Source: a virus
Virus record (IMG/VR): IMGVR_UViG_3300028837_000518
Coordinates: 32,001 to 96,000 of that record
Length of the DNA stretch: 64,000 bases
Reading direction: 5' to 3' (one strand)
Below, one piece after another: positions 47,441 through 57,606 of the stretch (position 1 is its first letter; each line of letters begins with the position of its first letter). The notes below the pieces were generated by a model, which saw nothing but the letters and a program-made list of their open reading frames with translations, searched no databases and had not been told where the DNA came from. The position numbers and the translations under genes are program-made.

Positions 47441-49813
47441 GTGAGTAAAATACTTCTCCTTAATCCTCCCGTCCATCACTACACAGGTTTTCAGTTTAAG
47501 ATTAACCCCACTCTTGGCCTAGCTATTATAGCGTCACTATTGGATACAGCAGGACACTCAGTGAAGGTAATAGACTTAGAAGCTGTCGGAATAACGCCCA
47601 ATAAACTACATGCCTACTTTAAAAATAACAAAGATAATTGGCCAGACATAGTAGGATTTACTGCGTTATCAGTAGCTGCGCGTGGATGTAAAGAATCTAT
47701 CAGTGCTATACGTGCAGCAGGATACAATAAAAAAGTTATGGTTGGCGGTATATATGCTACGCTATCCCCACAAGAGCTGATAAACGAGGGCGCTGACTTA
47801 GTTGTTACGGGTGAATGTGAGGGGAATATTGTTGAAGTAGTAGATAATGATATTGTTGGTGTAGTAAGCGGTACAGCAGCACCTATTGCAGATATTCCCA
47901 TACCTCTTTGGAATAAGCATGTTCCCACAATCAATACCTACCAGGGTAATCAACCTCATATTGGCTGGCCCGAAACCGTAACCATGTTTACACGCGGATG
48001 TCCACATCGTTGTATCTTCTGCGTAACCGGTGATACACGTATAGAGACGCTTGCAGGTAGTAAAACCATTATTGAAATTAGCAAGGGTGACGAGGTGCTT
48101 ACCGCCAATGGTGTAGCTGCTATACAAGACAAGCAAATACTAAAAGCTACAAACGGTCTTATAGAGATAAATGTCCAAGGTATGTTTAACAACTTAAGAC
48201 TTACACCAGACCATAAAGTATTAGCCATTCGATATAAAGCACTTAACCGTATGGCCTCGGCAGCCAATGTAAAACACCGACCGGCATGGATACAGGAAGA
48301 GACGCCGCATTTCGTGCAAGCCGGTAAGTTACAGAAGGGTGACTTTTTAATTGCCCCCTATCCCACTAAAACTGTTCCAACCCACTATTCTGAAAGTGAC
48401 TTTGAGCTTTTCGGACTATATATAGCAGAGGGACATATAAGTAAACAATTGCATCGCAAGAATTACTATATGCTTGTATTAACTTTATCAGCTCGTGAAG
48501 GGGCTTTGGCTAACCATGCATTAAAACTACTACGTAAATTCCTTGCAACAGATAAGGGAAGCATCTATCATAATCAGTGCAACAATACACTACAGGTTAC
48601 AATAGGAGGGCGCAATAAGATTCTATGGTTTAGGGAAACGTTCAGAACAGGCGCAAAACACAAGACACTTCCACCTTGGGCGCTTTTAGCACCTAGGGCA
48701 CATCAGATTGCCCTACTACGAGGTATGTTTTGGGGTGACGGACATAATTCCCATAGCGGCATTCGTTACACAACCGTATCACGAGTTCTTGCAGAGCAAT
48801 TGCGACTGATACTATTGCGTACAGGCGGTGTTCCTAATCTTTTTCAGACTCCTGCCAATAAACGACCTAATCAGATACAAGGACGAACTGTAAATGTAAG
48901 TGATACTTACGTTGTTACCCTATTTGGACCGGTAGCCGATGAAATGCGTCATGAGTTCAATTGGGTTATTCGTAACGATAGTGCTAACCGGCGTTTTAAT
49001 CGAGCTTATAACGTAGCGGGCAAGGGTTATGCGCTCTATCCTATTCAAGCTATTAACAAAACGCCGTATGAAGGTGTAGTGTATGACTTAACTACTAATG
49101 GAACATTTGTTGCAAATGGAGTGGCTATCTCGAACTGCGCCAATACTATATTCGGACACCAACCCATTAGGTTTCGACCGCCCGAGAACATTGAGCAAGA
49201 ACTTAGATTCGACAAGGACCAGTTTGGAATTCAGTCACTGTTTGTTTATGATGATGAACTCTTTGGCTGCAAGTACTCAAGTGGTTGGTTTGCGGAAGTG
49301 ATGGAGCGAATAACACCACTAGAACTCACGTGGAAAGCACAGGGTCGGTGCTCGGAGCGCTATGTAACCTCCGATGTTTTAGAAAAAGCATACGCAGCCG
49401 GTTGTCGTGCTATCATGTGGGGCATTGAAAGTTTCAGTCCTAAAGTCCTAGATGCTATAAAGAAAGATACAAAAGTTAGCGACATATGGGCAACTCTTAA
49501 GCGAGCCAAAGCCGCAGGTATTAAAAACTGGGCTTTCACAATGATTGGTAACTATAAGGAGACTGAGCGTGACTTGGCCATAACAGCTGCCGCTCTAGAG
49601 AAAGCTAAGGGTATGGGGTTAATTGACTGGCGTCAAACTACTATCGTTACTTCGTGGCCGGGAACAGAACTGTGGGATATTCAAGAACGTGAGGGTTGGC
49701 TGACACCGCCACCTGATACAGGACCGCAGACACAGCAAGTATATGCCGATACACCTTGGTTAACTAAAAAACAGATGTTATATTGGCTGGGAAAGTTTTC
49801 TACCATTTGTTAG
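47441..49813 (+). CDS. cobalamin-binding radical SAM enzyme containing an intein
   Basis: PTLGLAIIAS, VGGIYAT, GECE; TRGCPHRCIF|C; DDE, GIESFS. Confidence 0.9.
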   Translation: MSKILLLNPPVHHYTGFQFKINPTLGLAIIASLLDTAGHSVKVIDLEAVGITPNKLHAYFKNNKDNWPDIVGFTALSVAARGCKESISAIRAAGYNKKVMVGGIYATLSPQELINEGADLVVTGECEGNIVEVVDNDIVGVVSGTAAPIADIPIPLWNKHVPTINTYQGNQPHIGWPETVTMFTRGCPHRCIFCVTGDTRIETLAGSKTIIEISKGDEVLTANGVAAIQDKQILKATNGLIEINVQGMFNNLRLTPDHKVLAIRYKALNRMASAANVKHRPAWIQEETPHFVQAGKLQKGDFLIAPYPTKTVPTHYSESDFELFGLYIAEGHISKQLHRKNYYMLVLTLSAREGALANHALKLLRKFLATDKGSIYHNQCNNTLQVTIGGRNKILWFRETFRTGAKHKTLPPWALLAPRAHQIALLRGMFWGDGHNSHSGIRYTTVSRVLAEQLRLILLRTGGVPNLFQTPANKRPNQIQGRTVNVSDTYVVTLFGPVADEMRHEFNWVIRNDSANRRFNRAYNVAGKGYALYPIQAINKTPYEGVVYDLTTNGTFVANGVAISNCANTIFGHQPIRFRPPENIEQELRFDKDQFGIQSLFVYDDELFGCKYSSGWFAEVMERITPLELTWKAQGRCSERYVTSDVLEKAYAAGCRAIMWGIESFSPKVLDAIKKDTKVSDIWATLKRAKAAGIKNWAFTMIGNYKETERDLAITAAALEKAKGMGLIDWRQTTIVTSWPGTELWDIQEREGWLTPPPDTGPQTQQVYADTPWLTKKQMLYWLGKFSTIC
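48020..49135 (+). mobile_element. intein (372 aa) with LAGLIDADG homing endonuclease
   Basis: CVTGDT start, LTPDH, LFGLYIAEGH and LLRGMFWGDGH, ends GVAISN|C. Confidence 0.9.
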
Positions 49814-49827
49814 TTAAAGGAGAGAAT

Positions 49828-50529
49828 ATGAGTGATAATATCCTCGTAACAGGTTCGGCCGGGTTCTTTGGTGAATGGGTAATACCGGCACTGGAGGGAG
49901 CAGGGTATAATGTTATACCATACGATATTGTAGACGGTGATGATGTTGGTAATAGGAGACGTCTAGCCGGCAGACTGCGCTCCTGTCTTGGTGTTGTGCA
50001 CTTAGCTGGTGTGGGAATGTTGGCTAAGGGACAAGACTACGGATGGCATCACGCCACCATTTACGAAACGTTTACAAGTACATTTCTGACATTCGTTGCG
50101 AGTCGAAGTGCCACCCACTTTATTCATATGTCGTCTGGTGCTATCTATGGGTTTGGACCCGAGCAAATGAATGGTTGGCTTACAGAGAATGATATGCCAA
50201 TAAGTGAGTTATTGATCCCCGACACTCAAGCGCGAATAGATATGCTCAATGCGTACTCGAAAAACAAATGGGAGATTGAAGAGTACTTAAGCAATGCCGA
50301 CTTGAAAACAAAAGTTGCAGTCTCTCTGCGCGTAAACTGCATCGAGCCTCATAACGCGGGTGCAGTACAACGCGGTGATCATTGGGGCTGGTGGTGCTCG
50401 CAGCGGTTAGTATGTGATGCTATACTGGCTGGGTTGCGGCGGCAGGAATCTGGTTTCTTTCCTGTAAATGTAGGCGAGGATAACCCTAACCTTGACAAGG
50501 AAAACTTAACGGAGCTTTTACGCTCATGA
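49828..50529 (+). CDS. NAD-dependent epimerase/dehydratase (SDR)
   Basis: VTGSAGFFG, HLAG, MSSGAIYG, YSKNK. Confidence 0.85.
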   Translation: MSDNILVTGSAGFFGEWVIPALEGAGYNVIPYDIVDGDDVGNRRRLAGRLRSCLGVVHLAGVGMLAKGQDYGWHHATIYETFTSTFLTFVASRSATHFIHMSSGAIYGFGPEQMNGWLTENDMPISELLIPDTQARIDMLNAYSKNKWEIEEYLSNADLKTKVAVSLRVNCIEPHNAGAVQRGDHWGWWCSQRLVCDAILAGLRRQESGFFPVNVGEDNPNLDKENLTELLRS

Positions 50530-51035
50530 CAAATAAAGAGTGGTTGCTGTGTGCTATTGACATGGCCGGATACGACGGTGTATCGCTGCGACAACTCGAA
50601 GTAATAATGTTTCTTATCTACCACGATAGCCCAATATACCTTCGGGGCGAGGGAAGCAAGGATACATTACCTGAATTAAACTTTCGTCCCGGACTGTTGG
50701 GCCCTATCAGTTACGATCTACGCGATATGCTCAGAATATTGGTAGACAAGAAATTAATTCAGACAAAAATGCTCTACGAGGGAGACACAGTTCTTCTCTA
50801 CACAATGTTATACTTTGTAACTAATGCGGGACATCATAGAGCTCTGGGTATACGCGGAAGGTATTTGGCCCGAACATTCACTGTACGAACACTCGAAATT
50901 ACTTTCCCTATTACTTGGCTGACAAAGTTCCGTATAGTGCTAAAAGAAGTACAATCACAACAATTCTTGAAAGTAATTAAGGCACTTAGTCATAAGTACC
51001 CGAACTTTGCATCACCACTTTTCAGTGTGAACTAG
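50526..51035 (+). CDS. SocA/Panacea-like winged-helix protein
   Basis: LRQLEVIMFLI..FRPGLLGPISYDL..L..LV. Confidence 0.4.
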   Translation: MTNKEWLLCAIDMAGYDGVSLRQLEVIMFLIYHDSPIYLRGEGSKDTLPELNFRPGLLGPISYDLRDMLRILVDKKLIQTKMLYEGDTVLLYTMLYFVTNAGHHRALGIRGRYLARTFTVRTLEITFPITWLTKFRIVLKEVQSQQFLKVIKALSHKYPNFASPLFSVN

Positions 51036-51575
51036 AACTACTACAATTTATTCCTCATTATAACTACTACCATTTCTGTAGTAGTTATACCTATTCTACT
51101 ACTAAGTTAAGGAGATAAATGTTTATCTGTGATAAAGCCGGTTGTAATGTAAGAGTAGATGAATCCGAAGTAATTGAGGTGAGCAGAGATGGTAGTTATT
51201 TTCACTTCTGCTGCTACGCCCATCTCTACGATTGGGCCAAAACCCAAATGTATAATGAGTCAGGCTTAGGCGATAATACCCTCAGTATAACAATATATCA
51301 AGCAAGGCGTTTTAGGAAATGTCCCATTAACTGGCATATATCTAATTACTTTGCGAGCAGGGAATAGGCGAAATGATTACTGTTAAGTGTCCCAATTGTC
51401 AAACAATGATGGATGCGTATGACCCTAAGAACTGGCCCGGTCGTGAACCTGATGCTGAGTGTCCGAATTGTGGCGCGCTAGTAACTAGTTTGGGAAATGG
51501 AAGCACCTTTGCTCGTACTGGGGTAGGCTTCGTAGCGGTCTTATCTACACCTATTGCGCAAGAGGACCTTCATCA

Positions 51576-52397
51576 ATGACACACATACTTCTTAACCCAA
51601 CATGGTCATGTGTAAATAAGTGCGCTTATTGTTGGCTTAATAGCACTATAAGGAAAAGACCTGAACTATTAAATGCCAAGACTCGACCATTTGACGACTG
51701 GCTAAGTGCTGTTAAAAGAGAGTTAGTTAAGATAGAAACTACCACTGGTCGCACACCACTCGTCATAGATATTGCCGGCGGCGAACCATTTCTTCTTCCC
51801 TGGATTGTAGAGTTCATCGCGCACTTTCCTGAAGTACCCGTTGGTTTATCTACTAATGGATTACCTGATCACGTACTTCAATTGGTGCGAAGGCCCAAGT
51901 TACCCAACCTAATATCAATCAATATGAGCTATCACCCCGGCACAACAGAACGCTACCCTGACTACGAGCAATTCTTTCGCAATAGAGTACTAGACATTTT
52001 AGGTACTGGATACCCGCTGCATATAAGCGCTGTAGGTTATGGAGAGGGCGCACGGCTTGTACGCGACCTAGCTGGTTGGGCAACAGACATAGGAATTGAC
52101 GTATATGTATCTCCCTATGAGGATATGGCTATGTTGGCAGATAAACAAGAACAAGGTCTCGTGTGTAAAGGTGGAATAAACCATATCGTGGTTGCGCCTG
52201 ACGGCACTTCATGGCCCTGTCTCTCTACCTTGCGTTCACCATTCTGGCGCGAGTCAATATTGGGAAACTGGCTAGATGATAACATTGATATAAGCAAGAA
52301 GGAACAACCATGCCATATCTACTGCGTGGATTATTACTTTCTCAAACATCACCATAGAGATGGTGACATGTGGGGCGTGGAGGCACGAGAAGCATGA
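51576..52397 (+). CDS. radical SAM protein with SPASM/twitch-like tail
   Basis: CVNKCAYC, GGEPF, STNG, CKGG..PDG..PC. Confidence 0.85.
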   Translation: MTHILLNPTWSCVNKCAYCWLNSTIRKRPELLNAKTRPFDDWLSAVKRELVKIETTTGRTPLVIDIAGGEPFLLPWIVEFIAHFPEVPVGLSTNGLPDHVLQLVRRPKLPNLISINMSYHPGTTERYPDYEQFFRNRVLDILGTGYPLHISAVGYGEGARLVRDLAGWATDIGIDVYVSPYEDMAMLADKQEQGLVCKGGINHIVVAPDGTSWPCLSTLRSPFWRESILGNWLDDNIDISKKEQPCHIYCVDYYFLKHHHRDGDMWGVEAREA

Positions 52398-52614
52398 GAA
52401 TAGGAAACTTGGAGGTTACTTTTGAGCAACTACAACAGGCGCTCGGCTTACCGTCGGGTACGAGAATAGTCAGCATTGATTGTGGCGCACGAGAATCAGC
52501 TTGCCGGGTAGTGCATATCTATGTAGAACATCGGGCACTTAGTGATATTCAGAGTACAACCATACCGCGCGTAATACACAAAACCGTTTGGCATAATACG
52601 GATGGTACAAGAGC

Positions 52615-53601
52615 GTGATAATACTACTCGTCCACTATAATCCTCAGCATTACGGTGGCGCAGAAAGTAATCTGCACGACCAGGCCAAGGCACTCACGCT
52701 TGCTGGTCACACCGTCATAATTGAGCATAAAGACCCAGTGGCAGCATATGAAAAGCACCAGCCAGATATAGTACACTTTCACACTATTCATCTTGGCATA
52801 GGCGTAGGTATACTCACGTGGGCACAAAATCTAGGTATCCCTCATTGCATCAGTATGCATGATTACTGGCCCTTTAGCCGCAACAGACTACTAATCATTG
52901 ACTTCGATCAGTCCTGTCCCGGTGTCACGGGAGTCTGCGATAGAGATTGTATACGCTTTAACAATTGTCCGTATGGCCCAGCGCACACCGCGATTCGAGA
53001 CGCCGTTAACAACACACCAACTATTGCGTTTAATACCTACTCGGCTGAAATCTATACAAGAAATGGTATTCGAGTAGATGCTGTTATTCCACACGGCATT
53101 GATACCGATTACTTTTGCCCTGAAGGCGAGAAGGACTGGGGAAAAGTAGTAACAAGCGCAGCATGGGCAAATCAACCACATAAAGGCGTGCATATTCTCA
53201 AGGCGGCTCTGCGTCGCGCAAAGGTAGATGCTACACTTATAGTAGGCACAACACGCGATAACGTTAGAAAAGTATTACAACGATCAGGAATTTGGGTGGG
53301 AAGTAGCGTATATGAGGAAACATTTTGGCTAAGTTTAACAGAGGCAATGGCGGTTGGTTGTGCTGTTATTGCTACGGATGTAGCAGGTGGTAAGTTTCAA
53401 GTTCGACATGGCGCAACAGGACTAATAGTTCCCAAACTCGATATTCAAGCTATGGCTGACGCAATCACCCACCTCGTTAGTGATCGTGAGCGTGCTATGA
53501 TTCTCGGCAAGAACGCTAGGAAATGGGCAGCAGAAAACTATAGCTTCGCACGCTGGGGTCAGAACCTCTTACAATTCTATGAAAAACTTCTACAAGGATA
53601 G
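52615..53601 (+). CDS. GT-B (family 4-like) glycosyltransferase
   Basis: GGAE, PDIVHFH, HDYW, HGID, KG, EAMAVGCAVI. Confidence 0.9.
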   Translation: MIILLVHYNPQHYGGAESNLHDQAKALTLAGHTVIIEHKDPVAAYEKHQPDIVHFHTIHLGIGVGILTWAQNLGIPHCISMHDYWPFSRNRLLIIDFDQSCPGVTGVCDRDCIRFNNCPYGPAHTAIRDAVNNTPTIAFNTYSAEIYTRNGIRVDAVIPHGIDTDYFCPEGEKDWGKVVTSAAWANQPHKGVHILKAALRRAKVDATLIVGTTRDNVRKVLQRSGIWVGSSVYEETFWLSLTEAMAVGCAVIATDVAGGKFQVRHGATGLIVPKLDIQAMADAITHLVSDRERAMILGKNARKWAAENYSFARWGQNLLQFYEKLLQG

Positions 53602-53603
53602 TC

Positions 53604-56600
53604 ATGGTAAACTCCGTTGTAAAACGCGATGGGCGTACTGTGCCCTTCAAACAAGAAAGAATTACAAATGCCATTTTTAAGGCTGCGCAAGCCGTAGGTG
53701 GTGAAGATCGTGAACGTGCAGTTCTAATTTCTACTGCCGTAGTAGATAGTCTTAATGCGCAGTTTACTGACGATAACATACCAAGTGTTGAGCAGATTCA
53801 AGATACCGTAGAGAAGATACTTGTTGCGTATGGTCACGCAAAGACAGCAAAGGCGTTTATTCTCTATCGTGACCTGCACAGTAAATTGCGTGATATTCAC
53901 GCACTAATAGATGCTAACGAGCTAGTACAAGGGTACTTAGATCGCCTAGACTGGCGAGTTAATGAGAACTCGAACATGAGTTACTCGCTACAGGGGCTCA
54001 ATAACCATATTTTTACTGCTGTGAATAATGCTTACTGGCTCAATCAACTATATCCTCGCAATATCCGTAATGCACACATGAATGGCGATATTCACATCCA
54101 TGACCTCTACCTACTGGCAGCATATTGTTGTGGCTGGAGCTTAGAGGACTTGTTGCTTCGTGGCTTTGGTGGTGTGCCGGGTAAGCTAGAGTGTAGTCCG
54201 CCTCGGCACTTTCGCTCCGCTTTGGGTCAAATTGCTAACTTTCTTTATACTGTTCAGGGCGAGGTGGCGGGCGCAGTAGCAATTAGTAGTTTTGATACAC
54301 TGCTTGCACCTTATGTTTGGGCTGATGACTTGGAATATGATGAAGTCAAACAAGCTATGCAAGAGTTCATCTTTAACATGAACGTGCCTACGCGAGTAGG
54401 GTTTCAGTGCTTCTCAGAGGATACTGAGATTCTAACTAGTTATGGGTGGCGAAGTTACCAAGATGTAAAAGTTGACGACGCTATAGCTACATATAATCCC
54501 GATACTGAAATAATAGAGTATCTCCCGGTACTACGAATGTTTAGTGCACCATACTCGGGAATAATGTACAACCTAAAAAACAGAGTGAATGACCAGCTTA
54601 TATCACCTGGGCATAGAGTTGTAAGGCGGGGGTTCAACAATAACAAGAAGATTACTATTCAGCCAATTGAGCAAGTACTAGAGTATAATTCGCCAGTTTG
54701 CATACCACTCCTGACAGGCGGAAACTCTATGGGTAGCAGCGAGCTAAATAATGACCTCGTTCGTATTGCTGCATGGATTATCTCAGATGGAACTTGGGAT
54801 AAAACTGGTAGAGGTTTTGGAAGAATAACCATTTTCCAAAATAAAGACAAACACCCCGATGCATACCAGGAGATTATAGAAATCCTTGACAGACTTGAAT
54901 TGGTCTACTCTATTAATGATAGCACTACTGGGTTTGGCTCAGTAACTCAAATACGTATTGACACACCTGGCTCACGACAGTTGGTAGAGAGTTTATGGAA
55001 AACTAGCAAAGACCAGGGCCTAAAGTTTATTCCAGAATGTATATTAAACGCAGATACCCGCCTTTCACGTCTTTTCATAGAAACTTACTTAAAAGGTGAT
55101 GGCGATACCATCAGAGTAAGAACATCTACAGCGAGTAAAGAAATCAGGGATGGCTTGATCCATGTAGGAATAAATGCGGGCTTTATGTGTACAGTCTTTA
55201 CGCGGGAATTTGATGGTCATTCGACCAATAAACAGGACTTATATGTTATTAATTTCCTCCGTTCAGAAAATACATATATTCAGGGAGTACGAGAAGTTCC
55301 TTATGAAGGTATAATTTGGTGTCCAACTACTAAGAACGATACTGTTATAGCGCGACGAAATGGAAAGACATTTATCACGGGAAACACACCATTCTCAAAT
55401 ATTACTATGGATGTACAGGTTCCCGCACACTTAGCTGATGGTAGTGTTGTCTTAGCTGGTGCATATAATCCACATACATATGGCGAGTTTCAAGAACAGG
55501 TTAATATGATTAATCGTGCATTCGCCGAGGTAATGCTGGAAGGCGATGCCAGCGGGCGAGTGTTTACTTTTCCTATACCTACATACAATATCACAGCTGA
55601 CTTTGAATGGAATAATCCTAGCCTTGACGCTATGTGGCAAATGACGGGTAAGTATGGCATTCCCTACTTTGCCAACTTTGTCAACTCTAATATGAATTTA
55701 GAAGATACGCGTTCTATGTGTTGCCGGCTTCATATCAATACCAGTGAGCTAAACAAGCGTGGCGGTGGGCTTTTTGGTTCAAATCCGCTAACGGGAAGCC
55801 TGGGTGTAGTTACGCTGAATATGGCACGCATAGGATACACAAGCGATACGGACGAGGAGTTTCTAAATCGCGTAGCCGAACTAATGGATATAGCGCGCGA
55901 CAGCCTACTCCTCAAGCGACAGGTTATAGAGGGCTTTACAGAAAAAGGGTTGTATCCCTACTCTAAGTATTACCTCAATAATGTAAAGAGGCGTTTTGAC
56001 TCCTACTGGGCCAATCACTTTAACACCATCGGCGTCATTGGTATGAACGAGGCGCTACGTAACTTTATGAATGTAGACTTAACTAGTGAAGTTGGTCGCG
56101 CCTTTACATTGCACGTTCTTGACTTTATGCGTAAACGGCTACTGGCATATCAAGAAGAAACTGGCCAGATGTTTAACCTTGAAGCCACACCGGGGGAAGG
56201 CGCATCCTATCGCCTTGCACTACTAGATAAAGAAAGATTCCCCAATGCCTTCACGGCTGGACAAAATGTGCCATACTACACCAACTCTACGCAGTTGCCT
56301 GTAGATGCAACTGATGACCTATTTGAGGCGCTTGGCTGGCAGGATGAGATTCAAACTCAGTACACTGGCGGCACAGTCTTTCACGCTTATCTGGGCGAAA
56401 GCCTATCAAATACAACTCTGATTAAGCAAGTTGTCAGGACTATAGCTCTTCGATTTCGTCTGCCATACTTTACTATTACACCAACATTTAGTATCTGTCC
56501 CGAGCATGGATATATCACGGGGGAACACTTTACTTGCCCAACGTGCGAATCTGACTGTGAAGTTTACTCAAGGGTGGTTGGTTATATACGACCGGTGAAG

Positions 56601-56684
56601 CAGTGGAATAGAGGTAAGCAAGCTGAGTTTGCCGAGAGGAAAAGCTTTGAGACAATGCGTGTCGCCGCCGTTCCCAAGGAGTAA
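53604..56684 (+). CDS. nrdD: anaerobic class III ribonucleoside-triphosphate reductase with ATP cone and intein
   Basis: VVKRDG ATP cone, HIHDL, YCCG, FTFPIPT, SMCCRL, EATPGEG, YSRVVGYIRP glycyl-radical loop. Confidence 0.95.
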   Translation: MVNSVVKRDGRTVPFKQERITNAIFKAAQAVGGEDRERAVLISTAVVDSLNAQFTDDNIPSVEQIQDTVEKILVAYGHAKTAKAFILYRDLHSKLRDIHALIDANELVQGYLDRLDWRVNENSNMSYSLQGLNNHIFTAVNNAYWLNQLYPRNIRNAHMNGDIHIHDLYLLAAYCCGWSLEDLLLRGFGGVPGKLECSPPRHFRSALGQIANFLYTVQGEVAGAVAISSFDTLLAPYVWADDLEYDEVKQAMQEFIFNMNVPTRVGFQCFSEDTEILTSYGWRSYQDVKVDDAIATYNPDTEIIEYLPVLRMFSAPYSGIMYNLKNRVNDQLISPGHRVVRRGFNNNKKITIQPIEQVLEYNSPVCIPLLTGGNSMGSSELNNDLVRIAAWIISDGTWDKTGRGFGRITIFQNKDKHPDAYQEIIEILDRLELVYSINDSTTGFGSVTQIRIDTPGSRQLVESLWKTSKDQGLKFIPECILNADTRLSRLFIETYLKGDGDTIRVRTSTASKEIRDGLIHVGINAGFMCTVFTREFDGHSTNKQDLYVINFLRSENTYIQGVREVPYEGIIWCPTTKNDTVIARRNGKTFITGNTPFSNITMDVQVPAHLADGSVVLAGAYNPHTYGEFQEQVNMINRAFAEVMLEGDASGRVFTFPIPTYNITADFEWNNPSLDAMWQMTGKYGIPYFANFVNSNMNLEDTRSMCCRLHINTSELNKRGGGLFGSNPLTGSLGVVTLNMARIGYTSDTDEEFLNRVAELMDIARDSLLLKRQVIEGFTEKGLYPYSKYYLNNVKRRFDSYWANHFNTIGVIGMNEALRNFMNVDLTSEVGRAFTLHVLDFMRKRLLAYQEETGQMFNLEATPGEGASYRLALLDKERFPNAFTAGQNVPYYTNSTQLPVDATDDLFEALGWQDEIQTQYTGGTVFHAYLGESLSNTTLIKQVVRTIALRFRLPYFTITPTFSICPEHGYITGEHFTCPTCESDCEVYSRVVGYIRPVKQWNRGKQAEFAERKSFETMRVAAVPKE
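54408..55385 (+). mobile_element. intein (326 aa) in NrdD with LAGLIDADG-like motifs
   Basis: Q|CFSEDTE, ISPGH, AWIISDG and TYLKGDG, ends FITGN|T. Confidence 0.9.
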
Positions 56685-56738
56685 GTAGATGAAAGTATTA
56701 TTACAAATGAGTGGTTACTCATGGAGATTATGTCATAA

Positions 56739-57419
56739 ATGAAGATAGGGCCGTACACTTTGGGTTATAATGACGAGAATCAGGGAATATATATGGGTGA
56801 TTCTCAGGTTTTAAGTCAAGAGTTGCCCGATGAAAGTATAGATTACATTGTTACGGACCCCCCATATCCTCGAAAGTATCTGCACCTCTATGAGTGGCTG
56901 GCAAAGGAAGCTAGTCGTGTTCTAAAACCTGGCGGTCTTTGTTTGGCCATGAGTGGTCATTACCACCTACCCACCGTTATAGATTTAATGGGTAAGTACT
57001 TATCCTACCACTGGATATTTGCAATATATCTCCCGGGACCAAAGAATAGTGTTTTCCCACGAAAGATTCTGGCTAGTTGGAAACCAGTTCTCTCCTTTTC
57101 CAAGGGCAAGTATACGGGACCCTGGTGGGTGAAAGATATTTTCTTCTCACCAGCGCGAGAAAGCGGACTTCATATATGGCAACAATCGGTAGCAATGATG
57201 GAGTGGTTCGTTTGTCGCTTACCGCCTGACAGTATTATTCTCGATCCGTTCTGCGGGTCAGGAACTACCTGTGTGGCTAGTCGTATGAATAATCGAACAT
57301 ACCTAAGCTTTGATAATGATGAAGTGGCTGTGCATACAGCACGCGAGCGACTTAAGACAGTGCAACCTTATCCTATTATGGTAGAATATGAGCAGCCCAT
57401 GATAGGGAATTTATTATAG
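56739..57419 (+). CDS. DNA methyltransferase (beta class)
   Basis: TDPPY..DPFCGSGTT; paralog of the 38.7-40 kb pair. Confidence 0.9.
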   Translation: MKIGPYTLGYNDENQGIYMGDSQVLSQELPDESIDYIVTDPPYPRKYLHLYEWLAKEASRVLKPGGLCLAMSGHYHLPTVIDLMGKYLSYHWIFAIYLPGPKNSVFPRKILASWKPVLSFSKGKYTGPWWVKDIFFSPARESGLHIWQQSVAMMEWFVCRLPPDSIILDPFCGSGTTCVASRMNNRTYLSFDNDEVAVHTARERLKTVQPYPIMVEYEQPMIGNLL

Positions 57420-57430
57420 AAGAGGATAAG

Positions 57431-57586
57431 AAAGTTCGACATTCATTATGAATTCGGCCCGAATATTCAATGTTTACAGTATACAGCAATACACGTATAC
57501 TACTTAAGTAGTACTGGTATACATGTATTACTGTTTGCAGTAAACAAATAAGATTCGGACCGAATTCTGAATGAATTCATAACTTT
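57431..57586. repeat. long imperfect intergenic palindrome
   Basis: nested arms around the perfect 16-bp TACTACTTAAGTAGTA (57498-57513). Confidence 0.75.
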
Positions 57587-57606
57587 TGAAGGGGAGCTAT
57601 AACGTA

